From assembly GCA_030390025.1 (NCBI GenBank), contig CM059432.1:71860001-71924000 (forward strand): a stretch of 64,000 nucleotides of DNA, given 5' to 3'. Position 1 is the stretch's first letter. Every line of letters begins with the position of its first letter. The DNA is from Squalus acanthias (Eukaryota). The notes under the pieces were generated by a model. The model was not told where the DNA came from. It did not search any database and was given only the letters and a program-made list of their open reading frames with translations. Both the position numbers and the translations under genes were made by a program. This document shows, piece by piece, positions 47,751 through 61,752 of the stretch.

Positions 47751-49862
47751 AAAGCCTTACACGCTTCCCGAAACACACCTGTTAAAATGGCATGGGGCAT
47801 GGATCCGGTGAACGCCACAACTGCCTATATTTTAACTCCACGCACGCCCTGTTCTTGTTAGGAGTGAGGGTTAAAATCAGGGCTCAAATTTCACATGCCA
47901 TTATCCAATTCCAAAAACTACACCGAAATTAGCTCTGAACAATATACAATCAAACTGTATTTACTTCTCAGAACAATATTCATCAAAAGGTCGGGCTAAA
48001 TTTATACACTATGGGGTAAGCATGAGCTTGAGTGGAAATTTGAGCAAAAAATTCAATTTGGAAAACTAGCGTAATTTTGAGCGCGGATAACATGGGTTTA
48101 ACATAGATAGTTTGTAGCTTCTTTTATACGATGTGACGTTTGTGCTAGGACAGCCAGTTTCTGATGTACGTAACTAACACAGTCAGGATTCACTAAGGCT
48201 GGTGGCTTGGAAGATCCTTTTTTTTGACAGGGCTGGCCTTAGAGAATCAGGCAGATTTACTTTCGGTTGTAGCTGGCTGTGCAAGACCTGTGCATCGAGA
48301 ACCAGCAGTGCTAGTACAAGTCTCGCATAGCACGAAAGCAGATTTGGCCTGCTTCTTGCCTATGGTACCTAGCTGACCTAGGAGTTCATTCTGCCAGGTA
48401 TTCAGCACTGATATCGCTTAGTCTGATGAGGCCATACCTACTGGAAATGGTGGATATCTGGTGCAATCAAGGGGTCCCACCAGTATCCTACAGGAGTTAT
48501 GGCAGGAGACCACCAAAACCCTCATGGAATTTTGGCTCCATTCTCTTCATAAATCTGCACTAGCACCAAATCACATAAACAGCAATTTCCCAATAAAACT
48601 CAATAGGAAAGCAACTGATTTATAGGAAGCCGTGAAGCATGAAATGGTTTGTTTAAAGATGCAAATTGCCAAGCACTCTTGTAATTCTATTTACATGCCT
48701 TTTGGTTTTTAGCATTCCTTGGTCATATTTTGTTGTTTTCATCAGCTTTGTTAATGCATTCACCACTAAAACACTATTTGGGGTTGTTTCTATTGCACTA
48801 CAGTATCTGGTGCTGAAAGGATGCTAAACAGTGGACTAGGCAGGGACAATTCTGTCTTGTTTGGCACTATGGAGCTGATTTTCTGATCAGTGAGATCATT
48901 CACACCAGCACAATTTTAGTGTCTGGGGACTGGGACATCATTTGTCTAGAAATTTTGCTCGGTCCGCTGGGACACCCACCACATGTAATTTTGCCATCAG
49001 GCTTAATGCCACATAAGTTGTTTACTCACAGAATGTGTGAGAACTATACAAAATACACATCCTGCATACAAATGAAGGTCTGGAGCAACTTCAAAAAATT
49101 TCCCAAAGATTGTCCTAGAAATTCCTCGGAGCTGCTCCCGCTCTGCCACCGTGGCACAAACCGTAGTTATGTGCGTAAACATGAGGAAATTCAAGGCCAT
49201 TGTCTCAAATCACTGCTGATGCCAATTATAAATAAGTGCCACTCCTGCAGAACAGAGAGCTCCATAACAAAAAGGGAATCTCTAAAGTAGCTTCAATCAA
49301 TCGTTCAATGTGGCTCAGGGAGTGACAGGGCATCTAATTGCAACCTATAGAATCCTGTGCTATTTAGATATGTGAAATGAATGATGGGGATTGATTTTCA
49401 AATAGCTACAACTGGAATATTTAATAGTTGAAAAAGTACGAGATGAAAGCAGGTATGTCAAGGAAACAGAGCTGTATTGTCTGCACCTATCATTATTGGT
49501 GGAGGTGGCAGAGTTAATGAATGCAGATCACCCCACTCCCACTGACCAAGCTCCCTGTGTTAGATGTGTTCCATCCCGGGAACTTACTCTGCATACTTCA
49601 CTTGGCCGATCCCAAATGTTTCAGCAAGGTTGGTGGTTTGGAGTACAGGAATTACATGTCAGCCATCCTAATTAGCTGCTGGAAAAATTCCAAGCTCCTG
49701 CATTACTGGCTTACATAATCAGAATATTTACCCTATTATATCAATTTAATGTATTAATATATATTGATCATTTGGAATTCCTAAAAACTGCAACTTTAAG
49801 GCACTAGAGTTAATTTCCTTTATAATAGTACTAAATTATGTTAGTGACATTATATCAAACTA

Positions 49863-50663
49863 CCTGACATCAGTAGTAGGGAAAATGCTAGAATCTATTA
49901 TTAGGGATGTGGTAACAGGATACTTAGAAAATCATTATATGATTGGGCAGAGTCAACATGGATTTATGAAAGGGAAATCATATTTGACAAATCTGTTAGA
50001 GTTTTTTGAGGTTGTAACTAGCAGGGTAGATAAGGGGGAACCAGTAGATGCAGTGTATTTGGATTTTCAAAAAGCATTTGATAAGATACCACACAAGAGG
50101 TTATTACACAAAATTAGGGCTCATGGGATTGAGGGTAATATATTAGCATGGATTGAGGATTGATTAACGGTCAGAAAACAGAGAGTAGGAATAAAAGGGT
50201 AATTTTTTGGGTTGGCAGGCTGTAACTAGTGAGATACTGCAAGGATCAGTGCTTGGGCCTCAGCTATATACAATCTATACCAATGGCTTAGAAGAGGGGA
50301 CCAAGTGTAATGTATCCAAGTTTGCTGATGATACAGAGCTAGGTGGGAAAGTATGTTGTGGGGAGGATGCAAAGAGGCTGCTTGAGATGTAGACAGGTTA
50401 AGTGAGTGGGCAAGAACTTGGCAGATGGAATATAATGTGGAGAAATGTGAAGTTATCCACTTTGGTAGGAAAAATAGAAAAGCAGAATATTTTTTAAATG
50501 GTGAGAGATTGGGAAATGTTGGTAGACAGAGGGATCTGGGGATAGTGCAAGAAGGTAGAGTTTAGGTAGAAGATCAGCCATGATCTTATTGAATGGCTGA
50601 GCAGGCTCAAAGGGCTGAATGGCCTACTCCTGCTCCTAGTTTTTATCTTCTTGTGTTCTTATG
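49863..50663 (+). mobile_element. CR1 LINE (CR1-E), 5'-truncated with internal deletion
   Basis: YLDFQKAFDK, FADDTELGG; jumps at gggatctgggg|atagtgc to the 3' tail. Confidence 0.92.
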
Positions 50664-51725
50664 AAACATTAATGCTTTTTGTTAGCATGGTAAACATTTT
50701 ATTCTCTACCCTTTCCATTCATTTTAATGTGCAGTGCAAACAACTCACATTAAATTTTATTTGCATATCTTGGCTCAGCGTGAATGCTGAAGCAAGATGA
50801 AATTGTATGCAATATGATGTGAAAAAAAATCTAACTCATCCTAATTTAATGTGTCTCTGACGTATAGGCACTGGCGATGGGATTGATAGTTGTTTACTGC
50901 ATGGACTCATACAGTGCAGTTAGTAGATTTTCCTTCATGTTTTCTCTGTTCACCCCTCCCCTTTTGAAAGCAGTATCTCTTGCTGTGGTATAATTCCAGG
51001 GGTCCTGGTAGCCCTCTGCCAATTTATCCAAGAAGCTAAACAATGAATTTCAGCATGCCATTCCAATTTGGGGGACATTACAGCGGATGCCACTGGATAG
51101 CAAACAGGAGCCAGGAACCTTGCATTATTTTTGCCTTCTCTGCCTTAGGATACTGAGGTTAATTGTAGTGCCTTACCACTGCCTTAACCAGTATCCATGA
51201 ACTTAGCATAGATTAGGACTGGACTATGGTTCAGTACAATGCCATAAAATGGGCTAAAAATTCGGGGGTTTAGGGCAGGCCGTTACCGCCCAATTTGGGG
51301 GGGGGAAATGGTGGCCACTGTATTTATTCCCACTGCCGGCAGGTCCTGCGGCAGCCTTCTTTTTCGGCTGGGCGGTAGCGCTGCCGATGTCTGTGCTTGT
51401 GAAAATTATGTAGCTTATGCGGATCGTGAAGTCAGTGCATGTGCAATGCTCACTTAACGCCCGATTTGCCATTTTCAACTTTGCCGCTCCACTTACCGGC
51501 CTGTCTTAACTGTGACCAGCTGAGCAAGCATTGAGAAGCAGGAAGGAGGCTCCAGCAGCATTATTTAAAGGGATCATCAGCAACTACTTGCACTGACATG
51601 TTTCTGCAGTTTGACTGGCTCTGTGCAATGCTTTGCAACTCCAGCAGCTTTATTAACTTCTTTCAAGGTGGAGAACGCCCTCATTAATATTTAAAGGCTT
51701 CTGCTCACAACACTTGCTCACAGTC

Positions 51726-52824
51726 ATAGGGGGTCTACTGGCAGACCCCTCGCGCTCGAGTATCTTAGGGAGAGGGAGTGGAGGCAGTGAAGAAGAAGAG
51801 AAGATGCACACAGAGGGAGGAGGAGGGCCAGGAGGGCTCTCAACAGGAGGCCTTACCCACCTATGGTTGCCAGAGAGCACTTCTCTTATATCCACTTAAG
51901 TGAGAGGAGCAGTGTATTAGGAGGCTCCGCTTCAGCAAGGAGGTCTTCACAGAACTCTGCTACCTCCTGCAACCAGACCTGCAGCCTCAGAGCAGGGCAA
52001 CCACAGCTCTCTCAGTGGCCATCAAGATCACCATGGCCCTCAATTTCTTCACCAGTGGATCCTTCCAGTCTGCAGCAGGAGACATAGCAAACATCTCCCA
52101 GTTCGCCGTCCACTGCTGCATCCGGGAGGTCACTGAGGCTCTCTACACCAGGAGAAGGGATTACGTTTTCTCCTCTCTGAGCAGAGAGAAGCATGAGGAG
52201 AGTGCATGTGGCTTTGCCTGAATAGCAGACTTCCCCATGGTGCAGGGCGCCATTGACTGCACCCTCATGGCTTCGCGGGCGCCGCATAACAATCCTGAGA
52301 CCTTCCGTAACCGCAAAGGGTACCACTCACTTAATGTATAGTTGGTGTGCGACCACACCCAGCGCTTCCTGATGGTCAATGCCCACTATCCTGGCAGCAG
52401 CCATGATGCCTTCATCCTGCGCCAATCTGGTGTGCCAGCAATCTTCCAGCCACCACGTCAAACCCGAAGGTGGCTGGTCGGAGACAAGGGCTATCCGCTC
52501 TGCACCTGGCTGATGACTCCCCTCCGCAACCCCACCACTCATGCCCAGCATTCTTATAATGAGAGCCATGCTGCCACCAGGAACATCATCGAGCAGACCA
52601 TCGGGATGCTGACGCAATGGTTCTGCTGCTTTGACCACTCAAGAGCAGCCCTCCAGTACTCGGCAGAGATTGCTGGACCACCTCAGGAAGAGGAAGAGGG
52701 AGAGGAGGAAGAGGAAGAGGAGCAGGAAGTGAAGGAGGGCGAGGAGGAAGGGAGGAGGCAGGCAGCAAATCCCCCTTTGGCACGGGCTGTCCGTGAATGC
52801 CTCATCAGACTCTGATTCCACTGA
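51726..52824 (+). pseudogene. H6 transposase, disrupted
   Basis: ALNFFTSGSFQ, GAIDCT, YPGSSHDAFIL, LVGDKGY, RNIIEQTIG. Confidence 0.92.
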
Positions 52825-53009
52825 ATGAAACCCCAGATCCCCGTTGCTCACCACATCCTCATCAATCTCATCCCCATCATACCAACCCTCTGTCATGGAA
52901 TATCACAGCATCCTCCTGGGTCAAAGCTGAAATGAGAGCCATCACAAAACAAAGATCCCAAACAAAATTATTACATTTATCCAGAATCAATTCACACATA
53001 CTAGATCAA

Positions 53010-56000
53010 CTAATCACCCTTGTGCAATCCCTTAGTGCCTGTCATTCGGGTGCCCTTTTCTGCTCTAGTGCTCCTACAAAGTGCTCCCCCAGTGGCTGCA
53101 GCATGGCTGGTGGAAGGCTGCTGAGTTTCTGTGGGGGAGACTGCAGATGGCCTTGCAGGATGACCGCAAGCAGATGTAGATCTAGAAGGCCCAGCTGTTG
53201 ACTGCATCACCGGCACCCGCTGTTTGGGCTGGCTGGCTGACAGGCAGCGGCAAGGGCAATGGCTGAGTGGCAGTGGTGGGAACAGGAATGTTGTCATCCT
53301 GAGAGAGGACAGCAGGGTCCTGCTCCACTGACCCACTGTCACTTCCCCGGGGCAGCGCCTCAGCATTCCTAGCAATCTGTTGGAAGATAGATTGCTGGCC
53401 TGCTGTGACACCCTGCAAGCTCCGTTTGACAGTGGTAAACTCAGCCACAATGGCAACAGTCTGAGCTTGGATGGAAGCAAGCTGAGATTACCGGACAGCG
53501 GTCTGCACTTCCGCTGCAGCACTAAGATTGCTTTCGCCTGTGCTGCAGTGGCAGCCGCGACATCGCCCATCACATGCAGCATCATGTCTGGTTCGACACG
53601 GTCTCTCCTAGAGTTTTCCATTATTTCTAGCCTGGTGCAATGTTGGAGGCGGACTCCTCCAAGCACCTTGACATTGCCAAGAGACTCTCTGGTAGGCTGG
53701 CCATTGCACCAAGCAATTTGGTGTGCATGCCCATTTCCCTTCTTCTGAAGGCCGCCCCATCAAGGTTCTCATCTGAGTCATGAGCAGCAGAACTCACCCA
53801 GGAACTCGCCCTCCGGGAGCTGGCCCCCGAGCTACCCTTTCCCCCTGGCCTTGCTGCAGCCTACTTGTCCCCGGTGCCTCACCTTGTGCGGATCCTGTAT
53901 CTGCACTACCCTCTGAAGTATGTGCAGTGCCAGTTTCTGAGCAGGTGTCTGCGAGTGACAGATGCAGTGACGGTGTGTCTTCTTCTCCCCCATCTCTCTC
54001 CTCCATCGCCTCGGGGACAGGCTGTGTTGCTGCTTAGTCTTATTATCTGAAAGCAGAAAGGCACTGAGCGGCTGCAGAACATTCTGAGTGGGGAGGGTGA
54101 ACAGCCAGAGGTCGTGGTCCATGTCAGTACTAACGACATAGGTAAAGAGGGATGAGGTCCTGCAGGCAGATTTTAGGGAGCTAGGAAAGAGATTAAAAAG
54201 CAGGACCTCAAAGGTAGTATTCTCTGGATTACTCCCGTTGCCACAAGCTAGTGAGTATAGAAATAGGAGGACAGAGCAGATGAATGCGTGGCTGGAGAGA
54301 TGATGCAGGAGGGAGGGCTTCAGATTCCTGGGACATTGGGACCAGTTCTGGGGGAAGTGGGACCTGTACAGGCTGGACGGGTTGCACCTCAACAGAGCTG
54401 GAACCAATGTCCTGGTGGCGGGGAGTGGGGGGTTGCTAGTCCTGTTAGGGAGTGTTTAAACTAATTTGGCAGGGGGGTGCGCACCAGGATGTAGTATTAG
54501 AAAGGAGAAACAAAGTGTACAAAGGATTGGGAGAGACAGATAGCACTAGAGTAAGAAATAGTAAGGTATTAAGTGGGGTCAGACTAAGAGAGAATACAAG
54601 AAGGTCTAAGAAAAGTTTACAGTGCATGTGTGTAAACACACGAAGCATGGTAAATATGGTTGGTGAGCTGCAGGAACAAATAGACACGGGAATATGATAT
54701 CATGGCGATAATGGAGACCTGGCTCAAAAAAGGGCAGGATTGGCTTCTAAATATTCCTGGATATAAGGTGTTCAGATAGGTAAGGAAAGAAAGGAGGTGG
54801 GGTGGCAGTACGAGTTTAGGAGAATGTTACAGTGCTGGAGACAGAGGATGTCCTGGAGAGGTCAAGAATCTATTTGGTTAGAGTTAAGAAACACTAGAGG
54901 TGCCATTACACTACTAGGTGTATTCTATAGGCCACCAACTAGTGGGAAAGATATAGAGGAGCAAATTTGCAGGGAAATTACAGAGAGGTGCAAGAACTAT
55001 AGAATAGTGATAATGGGGGACTTCAATTTTCCTAATATAGAGTGGGATAGTAATAGTCTAAAAGGCAGAGAGGGGGAGAACTTTCTTGATCAGTACGTTT
55101 CCGGCCCAACGAGGAAGGAGGCATGGCTGGATCTGGTTTTGGGGAATGAGGTGGGTCAAGTGTCAGTAGTTGAACATTTAGGGAACAGTGATCATAGTAT
55201 CATAAGGTTTAGATTAGCTATGGAAAAGGACAGGGAGCAATCTAGAGTAAAAATGCTTAATTGGAGGAAGACAAATTTCAGTGGGTTGAGAACGAATCTG
55301 GCCCGGGTAAATTGGAATCAAAGATTGGCAGGCAAAACTGTAATCGAACAATGGGCTGCCTTTAAAGAGGAGATGGTTCGGGTGCAAGTCGAGGTACATT
55401 CCCATGAGGGGGAAAGATAGGGCAACTAAAGCCAGAGCTCCCTAGATGACGAAAGAGATAGAGATAGAGATAGAGAGTAAGATGAAGCAGAAAAGGAGCG
55501 CTTATGACAGATGTCAGGTTGAGAATAAAAGTGAGAATCAGGCTGAATATAGAAAGTTCAGAGGGGAAGTGAAAAAGAAAATAAGAGGGGCAAAGAGAGA
55601 GTATGAGAATAGATTGGCAGCTAACATAAAAGGGAATTCAAAAGTCTTCTATAGACATATAAATAGTAAATGGGTAGTAAGAGGAGGGGTGGGGCCGATT
55701 AGGGACCAAAAAGGAGACCTGCGCATGGAGGCAGAGGACATGGCTGAGGGAGTAAATGAGTGCTTTGCATTTGTCTTTACCAAGGAAGAAGATGCTACCA
55801 AAGTCATAGTGAAAGGGGAGGTAGTTGAGATACTGGATAAGATAAAAATTGATAAAGAGGAGGTACTAGAAAGGCTGTCTGTACTTAAAATTGATAAGTC
55901 ACCAGGACCAGATGCGATGCATCCTAGGATGGTGAGGGAAGTTAAGGAGGAAATCGTGGAGTTCCTGGCCATAATCTTCCAATCCTGCCTAGATACGGGG

Positions 56001-58176
56001 GTGGTGCCAGAGGACTGGAGAATTGCAAATGTTACACCCTTGTTCAAAAAAGGGTGTAAGCATAAACCCAGCAACTACAGGCCAGTCAGTTTAACCTCAG
56101 TAGTGGGGAAGCTTTTAGAAACGATAATCAGGGACAAAGTTAACAGTCACTTGGACAAGTTTGGATTAATTAAGGAAAGACAGCATAGATTTGTTAAAGC
56201 AAATCGTGCTTAACTAACTTGATCGATTTTTTTGATGAGGTAACAGAGAGGGTTGATGAGGGCAATACGGTTGACGTGGTGTACATGGACTTCCAAAAGG
56301 CGTTTGATAAAGTGCTACATAATAGGCTTGCCAGCAAAGTTGAAGCCCATGGAATAAAAGGGACAGTGGCAGTCGATACTAGGACCACTGCTTTTCTTGA
56401 TATCTATTAATGACTTGGACTTGGGTGTACAGGGCATAATTGAAAAGTTTGCAGATGACACAAAACTTGAAAGTATAGTGAGCAGTGAGGAGGATAGTGA
56501 TGGACTTCAAGAAGACAGGCTGGTGAAATGGGCGGACACGTGGCAGATGAAATTTAATGCAGAAAAGTGCAAAGCGATACATTTTGGTAGGAAGAACGAG
56601 GAGAGGCAATAGAAACTAAAGGGTACAATCCTGAAGGGGGTGCATGAACAGAGAGACCTGGGGGTATATGTGCACAAATCGTTGAAGGTGGCAGGGCAGG
56701 TTGAGAAAGCAGTTAAAAAAGCAAACGGGATCCTGGACTTCATAAATACAGGCATAGAGTACAAAAGCAAGGAAGTTATGATGAACCTTTACAAAACACT
56801 GGTTCAGCCTCAACCGGAATATTGTGTCCAATTCTGGGCACTGCACGTTAGGAAGGATGTGAAGGCCTTAGAGGGGGTGCAGAAAAGATTTACGAGAATG
56901 ATTCCAGGGATGAGAGACTTCAGTTACGTTGATAGACTGGAGAAGCCGGGGTTGTTCTCCTTAGAGCAGAGAAGGTTGAGAGGAGATTTGATAGAGGTGT
57001 TCAAAATCATGAGAGGTCTAGACAGAGTAGATAGAGAGAAACTGTTCCCATTGGCAGAAGGGTCGAGAACCAGAGGACACAGATTTAAGGTGATTGGCAA
57101 AAGATCCAAAGGCGACATGAGGAAAATCTTTTTTACGCAGTGAGTGGTTAGGATCTGGAATGCACTGCCTGAAATGGTGGTGGTGACAGATTCAATCGTG
57201 GCTTTCAAAAGGGAATTGAATAAGTAGCTGAGGGGGAAAAAATTAGCAGGGCTACGGGGAAAGGGTGGGGAATGGGACTAGCTAAAGTGCTCTTGCAGAG
57301 AGCCGGCACAGGCTCGACGGGCCGAATGGCTTCCTTCTGTGCTGTAAACATTCTATGATTCTATAAGAGTTGGGTTGTGGTGAGGGGAGGCGGGGGAAGC
57401 AAGACATGCAAGCATACTGCATCAGCAGCTCATAAGTGAGAAGAGATTGTGGGATAAGGGGGAAGTAGAATGTGAGAAGAAGGATGAGGAATGACCATAC
57501 CGTTGTTGTCCCCAAGGGCTTCAACTTCACCCGTTGCCACGGCCTCAGTGACTTCCCCTCCAATGATTTTGAGCACACTCTCCTCCAGTCGGCTCAAGGC
57601 CTGGATGTCAGCTTGCCCCCCGCCTATCTGCCGCTGCTCCCGGCGATTATGCACGGCCGTAGCCTGCAAGAGAAGGGAAATGTGTGAGTGAGTGTGGAGC
57701 AATGTGTTTGAGTGATGTGCCTGCCATAGTTGAATAGCTGTCAGTGTGTGCAAGGTGTGAGATGTGGGTGTGAGTTTTGCAGCAGTGGTAAGGTTGTGAG
57801 GGTGAAGTGAAGCCATGATTGTGAGGTCTGAGTGTTGATAGGTAGAGATTGTTGGTAGGTGAGTGATGGCGGTGCGGTGCTTTGAGCAGTGTGTGAGGCT
57901 TCTGGTGCAGATGGTGGGATATGGCATATGCTGAAGCCTTCACTCACCTTGACCTGCTGTGTGAGGTCATTAAACTTCTTGCGACATTGTATGGAGGACC
58001 TGGGGACCACACTGGTGGCCATCACCTCGACAGATATCTCCCGCCACAGCCTTCTGGAAGTATGGGCTAGCTTGCAGGAAGAGGACAGCCCGACTCCTCT
58101 CCACAACCACCACCAGTGCCTCCAGAGCCGCGTCTGAGAATCATCTTGCTCTCTGCCTGTGCTGAGGCTCAGCCAT
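53010..58176 (-). pseudogene. H6 Myb partner gene, disrupted, CR1-F in intron 2
   Basis: QCRKKFNDLT..VK|gtgagt, VHNRREQRQIGGG, exon 3 ending ALCRSTR...KGLHKGD*. Confidence 0.87.
54065..57364 (+). mobile_element. CR1 LINE (CR1-F), 5'-truncated in ORF1, HER1-like tail
   Basis: Esterase C-terminus (DGLHLN), APE and RT motifs; ends gggccgaatggcttccttctgtgctgtaaacattctatgattctat. Confidence 0.94.
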
Positions 58177-58469
58177 TTCTTTGTAGTTGATTGTGCTTCC
58201 AAGTGGAGTTGTAAGTGGAATGTGCTGTTACATCAATGCACCTCCCCTTTAACTGCTGGATAAAGCCTAGGCCAAACATGACATGGAATTAGACTGCACC
58301 AATTTTGGCTCACCTGGTGAGTGGTAAGCCAATGACCGCCAATAACCAATGACCACTGGTTTTAGCACTGAGATCAGCACTATAATCAAGTTAATGAGGA
58401 CTGAGCATGAATTTTGTGTGCTACCTAGACCAGTTTGACCCAGTGCAGCTTAACCCCTCCCCACCCCTG

Positions 58470-58697
58470 GGATTGAACCTACCTGGTACTGTGGCCTGCT
58501 CCGGAGTGCTCCCCACCCGACTGGAAGCCTAGCCTTTCAATCAGTCAGGCTGACTTCAGGGCGGGAAACCTGTCAGGGCCAAAAGACGCACACTGTGGAA
58601 ACTCCACAGCATGCAAGGAAACCCGGACTTCTGGGTTTCCCATCCGAAAACCCGCCCTCCCCCTGCCTATGTAACTCGCCCCTGTTAATCCATCCCT
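58470..58697. mobile_element. MITE fragment related to 41050-41253
   Basis: Shared gagtgctccc..ccc.actggaagcc and ggaaaccc.gactt..gggtttccc blocks. Confidence 0.6.
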
Positions 58698-61075
58698 GTG
58701 GATTTGCTACCTGTAAACTAAATATACCAATTTACCCAAATATTACGGGAAAATACAAGTGATATAAGTAACTTTGAGCTATGTTTTCCTCAGCTTGAAG
58801 AAGTGGGAAAAATTTTGCTTTATCTTTGTAATTTACAACCCAAGATTGTGGAAATGTACAGTTTCAATGTGTGGTTCCTGAGAATGCAACTTCTCTAGCA
58901 GCCAAAGATAGCAACCATTCACAACAGTAACCTTTCAATGCTTCTCACTTAACCAATAAAAATTGGTAATCCAGGTGTCAAGTTTGCAACTTTTCTGCTA
59001 ATGCTGCAATGAAAACTGATTTACCTCTAGCCTTGAATGTGCTCAGGCCCGGCAACACAGATAACAATATTAATTTTTGACATATGATTAAAGTTTTCTC
59101 TGAGTACAAATTTATTCGCATCTCCTTACTTTAAAAACCATCTGAATCTGTGCTGGATTCTTTGTGGGGATATGCATTTTATTCAGGCTTTTAAGCCAGG
59201 AGGAAGCTTATATTTTAACAAGAAAACTAGATTCAGATTCAAACAAAAGATTGCTCATTTTGGTTATTATAGTGATGCAAAAATAATTATTGTTTAAAAT
59301 AGATCTCAAATCTCAGACACGGGATTGTGCAAAGCAGCTGTCGAACAACTCAAGGCCAAATAACCGAGAGTACATTGATTAACAGAAATAGTTCTTTACA
59401 CCATTCTGGCCCCAGCACCAGAAGAAATATATTATAAAGAAGTAATTCCATCTTAACCTTTTAACAAATATCCCAGCTGAATTTTCAGCTCGGTAAAGTT
59501 AGGCTTGTTAATTATTATAATGCATCTTTTAAAATTTTACACAATTATATTATTACTTTTTTTTAAAGTTTACACACACAGGATATGTAATTAGAAATAG
59601 AATAAACAATAGACCCCTTTTATTATGCTGTTATAATTTTCTAACTGCTATTTATTTTCTAATAATGTTGCCAATTTAAATCAGGCTATTCATCAATAGC
59701 AAGTTTCAGAGCCCAATTCTGCCTTCACCCATTATCCTCACACTTGCAGCTTTTCCGGCAGGGGCCACTGGATGAAATTTGCCCACCCCTGTGTGGCCCT
59801 GAGACCAATAATAGCGCTCCCACTGCCACTTCAGCTGAGATCAGCTAGCTCATCAGACACTGGGAACTGAACCTCAGACCTTCTGTTTTCTATGCCTCAA
59901 TTAACTGCTGGCTTTACTAGCTGGGTCATTACATGCTCCAACAATTCTGTGTAAAGAAATTTCTCCTAATCTCTCTTGTCACTCTCTTAGTGATAAATGA
60001 AAGTTGATGGGCTAGAAATTCGGGTGGTTTGCAACACCCGTTAACGGGGCGTAATGTCGAGAACGCGGCAGCCGGCGCTCTTCCGCCAGCTGGTGGCGGA
60101 TCCTGCGGCAGGCGCCATTTTGGAAGTGCCGGTGGTGCTGCCGGTAAACGGATCGCCGGTAAACTGCGATCGCCGGAGGAATTCAAATGAGCGAGACCGT
60201 GATTTCAGTGAGTGTGCAACTTTCACCTGATGCCCGATCTGCAGTATTGGTTCTCGCCATTGAATTTACCAGCATATCTAAACAACAACAGGGAGAGCAG
60301 GTGTCCAACAGCAGGAAGGAGGCTCCAGCAATGATATTTAAAGGGATCATCAGCAATAAGTAGCACCTGACATGGTTCTGCAGTTTGAGTGGCTCTGCTA
60401 CTTCCTGCAACTCCAACAGCTTTCTTTACTTAGTTCAAGGTTATTTTGTACCAAGGAGTGTTGTTGCAGGTGAAGAACTCACTCATTATTTTGAAAGGCT
60501 TCTGCGCACAACACTTGGTCACAGTCATGGGGGTTGTACTGGCAGTCGATCTCGCCCTCCAGAATCGATGGCAGAGGGAGCGGAGGCAGCGAGGAAGACA
60601 GGAACATGCCAGCGGATGGCGCTAACGGGGTGCTAGAGCATTATCACTGGGGTGAGGCGAATCCAGCGCCGCACGCCAAATCCCGCCCCCCTCGCAGCGC
60701 CGCCAGTAACAGTTATCCCCGGAAGCCTCGACGCCAGGTGGATCATGACGTCAGTGAGTGTGCAACGTTCACTGACTGCCCGATCTGCGAATTTGAATGT
60801 CGCCACCTAACTTAGTGCCTGGAGTAAACAGCGACAGGGAGAGCTGGTGTGAAGCACCAGAAAGCCGGCTCCAGGGACGTTATTTAAAGGGATCAGCAGT
60901 AATGAATCGCAGCTGTCAGGTTAGTGGAGTTTCAGTGGTTTCTTGTCAGTTTCACATAGTCCAACAGTTTCATTCAGTAATTTCAAGGTTATTTTGTATC
61001 AGGAGTGTTATGGCAACTAAAAAGTAGCTACAATTAGTCTTAAAAAAAATCAAATTGCTACACTCGGTTACATTA

Positions 61076-61752
61076 ATGGGGGCTGTACTGGCAGTCGACC
61101 TCGCTCTCCAGGATCTACAGCAGAGGGAGCGGAGGCAGCGAGAAAGATTGGAACATGTGGCCAGAGAGAGGAGGAGGCCATCAGGGCTCTCAACAGGAGG
61201 CCTTACCCTCCAAGGGTATTCCAAGAGCACTTCTCCTACCTCCAATTAAGCAAGGAGCAGTGTATTTGAAGGCTCCACTTCACCAAGGAGGTGGTCACAG
61301 AACTCTGTTAGCTCCTGCAACCAGACCTCCAGCATCAGATCAGGGTGATCACGGCTCTCTCAGTGGCAGTCAAGGTCACCGTTGCCCTCAATTTCTTCGC
61401 CAGCGGATCCTTCAGTCTGCAACAGGAGACATAGCTAACATCTTGCAGTTCGCCGTCCATCACTGCTTCCGAGAGGTCACAGAGGCTCTTTACAGTAGGA
61501 GAAGGGACTACATTTCCTTCCCCATCACCAGAGAGAAGCAGGACGAGCGTGCATGTGGCTTTGCCAGGATAGCGGAATTCCCCATGGTGCAGGGCGCCAT
61601 TGATTGCACCCATGTGGCTTTGTGGGCACCGCATAACAATCCTGAGATCTTCCGTAACTGTAAAGGCTACCACTCACTTAATATGCAGTCGGTGTGCGAC
61701 CACAGACAGCAAATCCTCAATGTTAAAGCCCGCTATCCTGGCAGCAGCCACA
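61076..61752 (+). pseudogene. H7 transposase, 5' two-thirds, disrupted
   Basis: MGAVLAVDLALQ, GAIDCTHVAL, RYPGSSH then abrupt break. Confidence 0.9.

Larger units (their letters stand above)
44857..47884. mobile_element. TIR element (MITE) carrying nested LINEs
   Basis: Perfect 14-bp inverted ends AGCCCTGATTTTAA / TTAAAATCAGGGCT; flanks TAA / CAA. Confidence 0.7.
51251..58450 (+). mobile_element. Harbinger copy H6, degraded, split by CR1-F (right boundary approximate)
   Basis: Left end GGGCTAAAAATT; transposase (+) and Myb (-) remnants. Confidence 0.88.
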
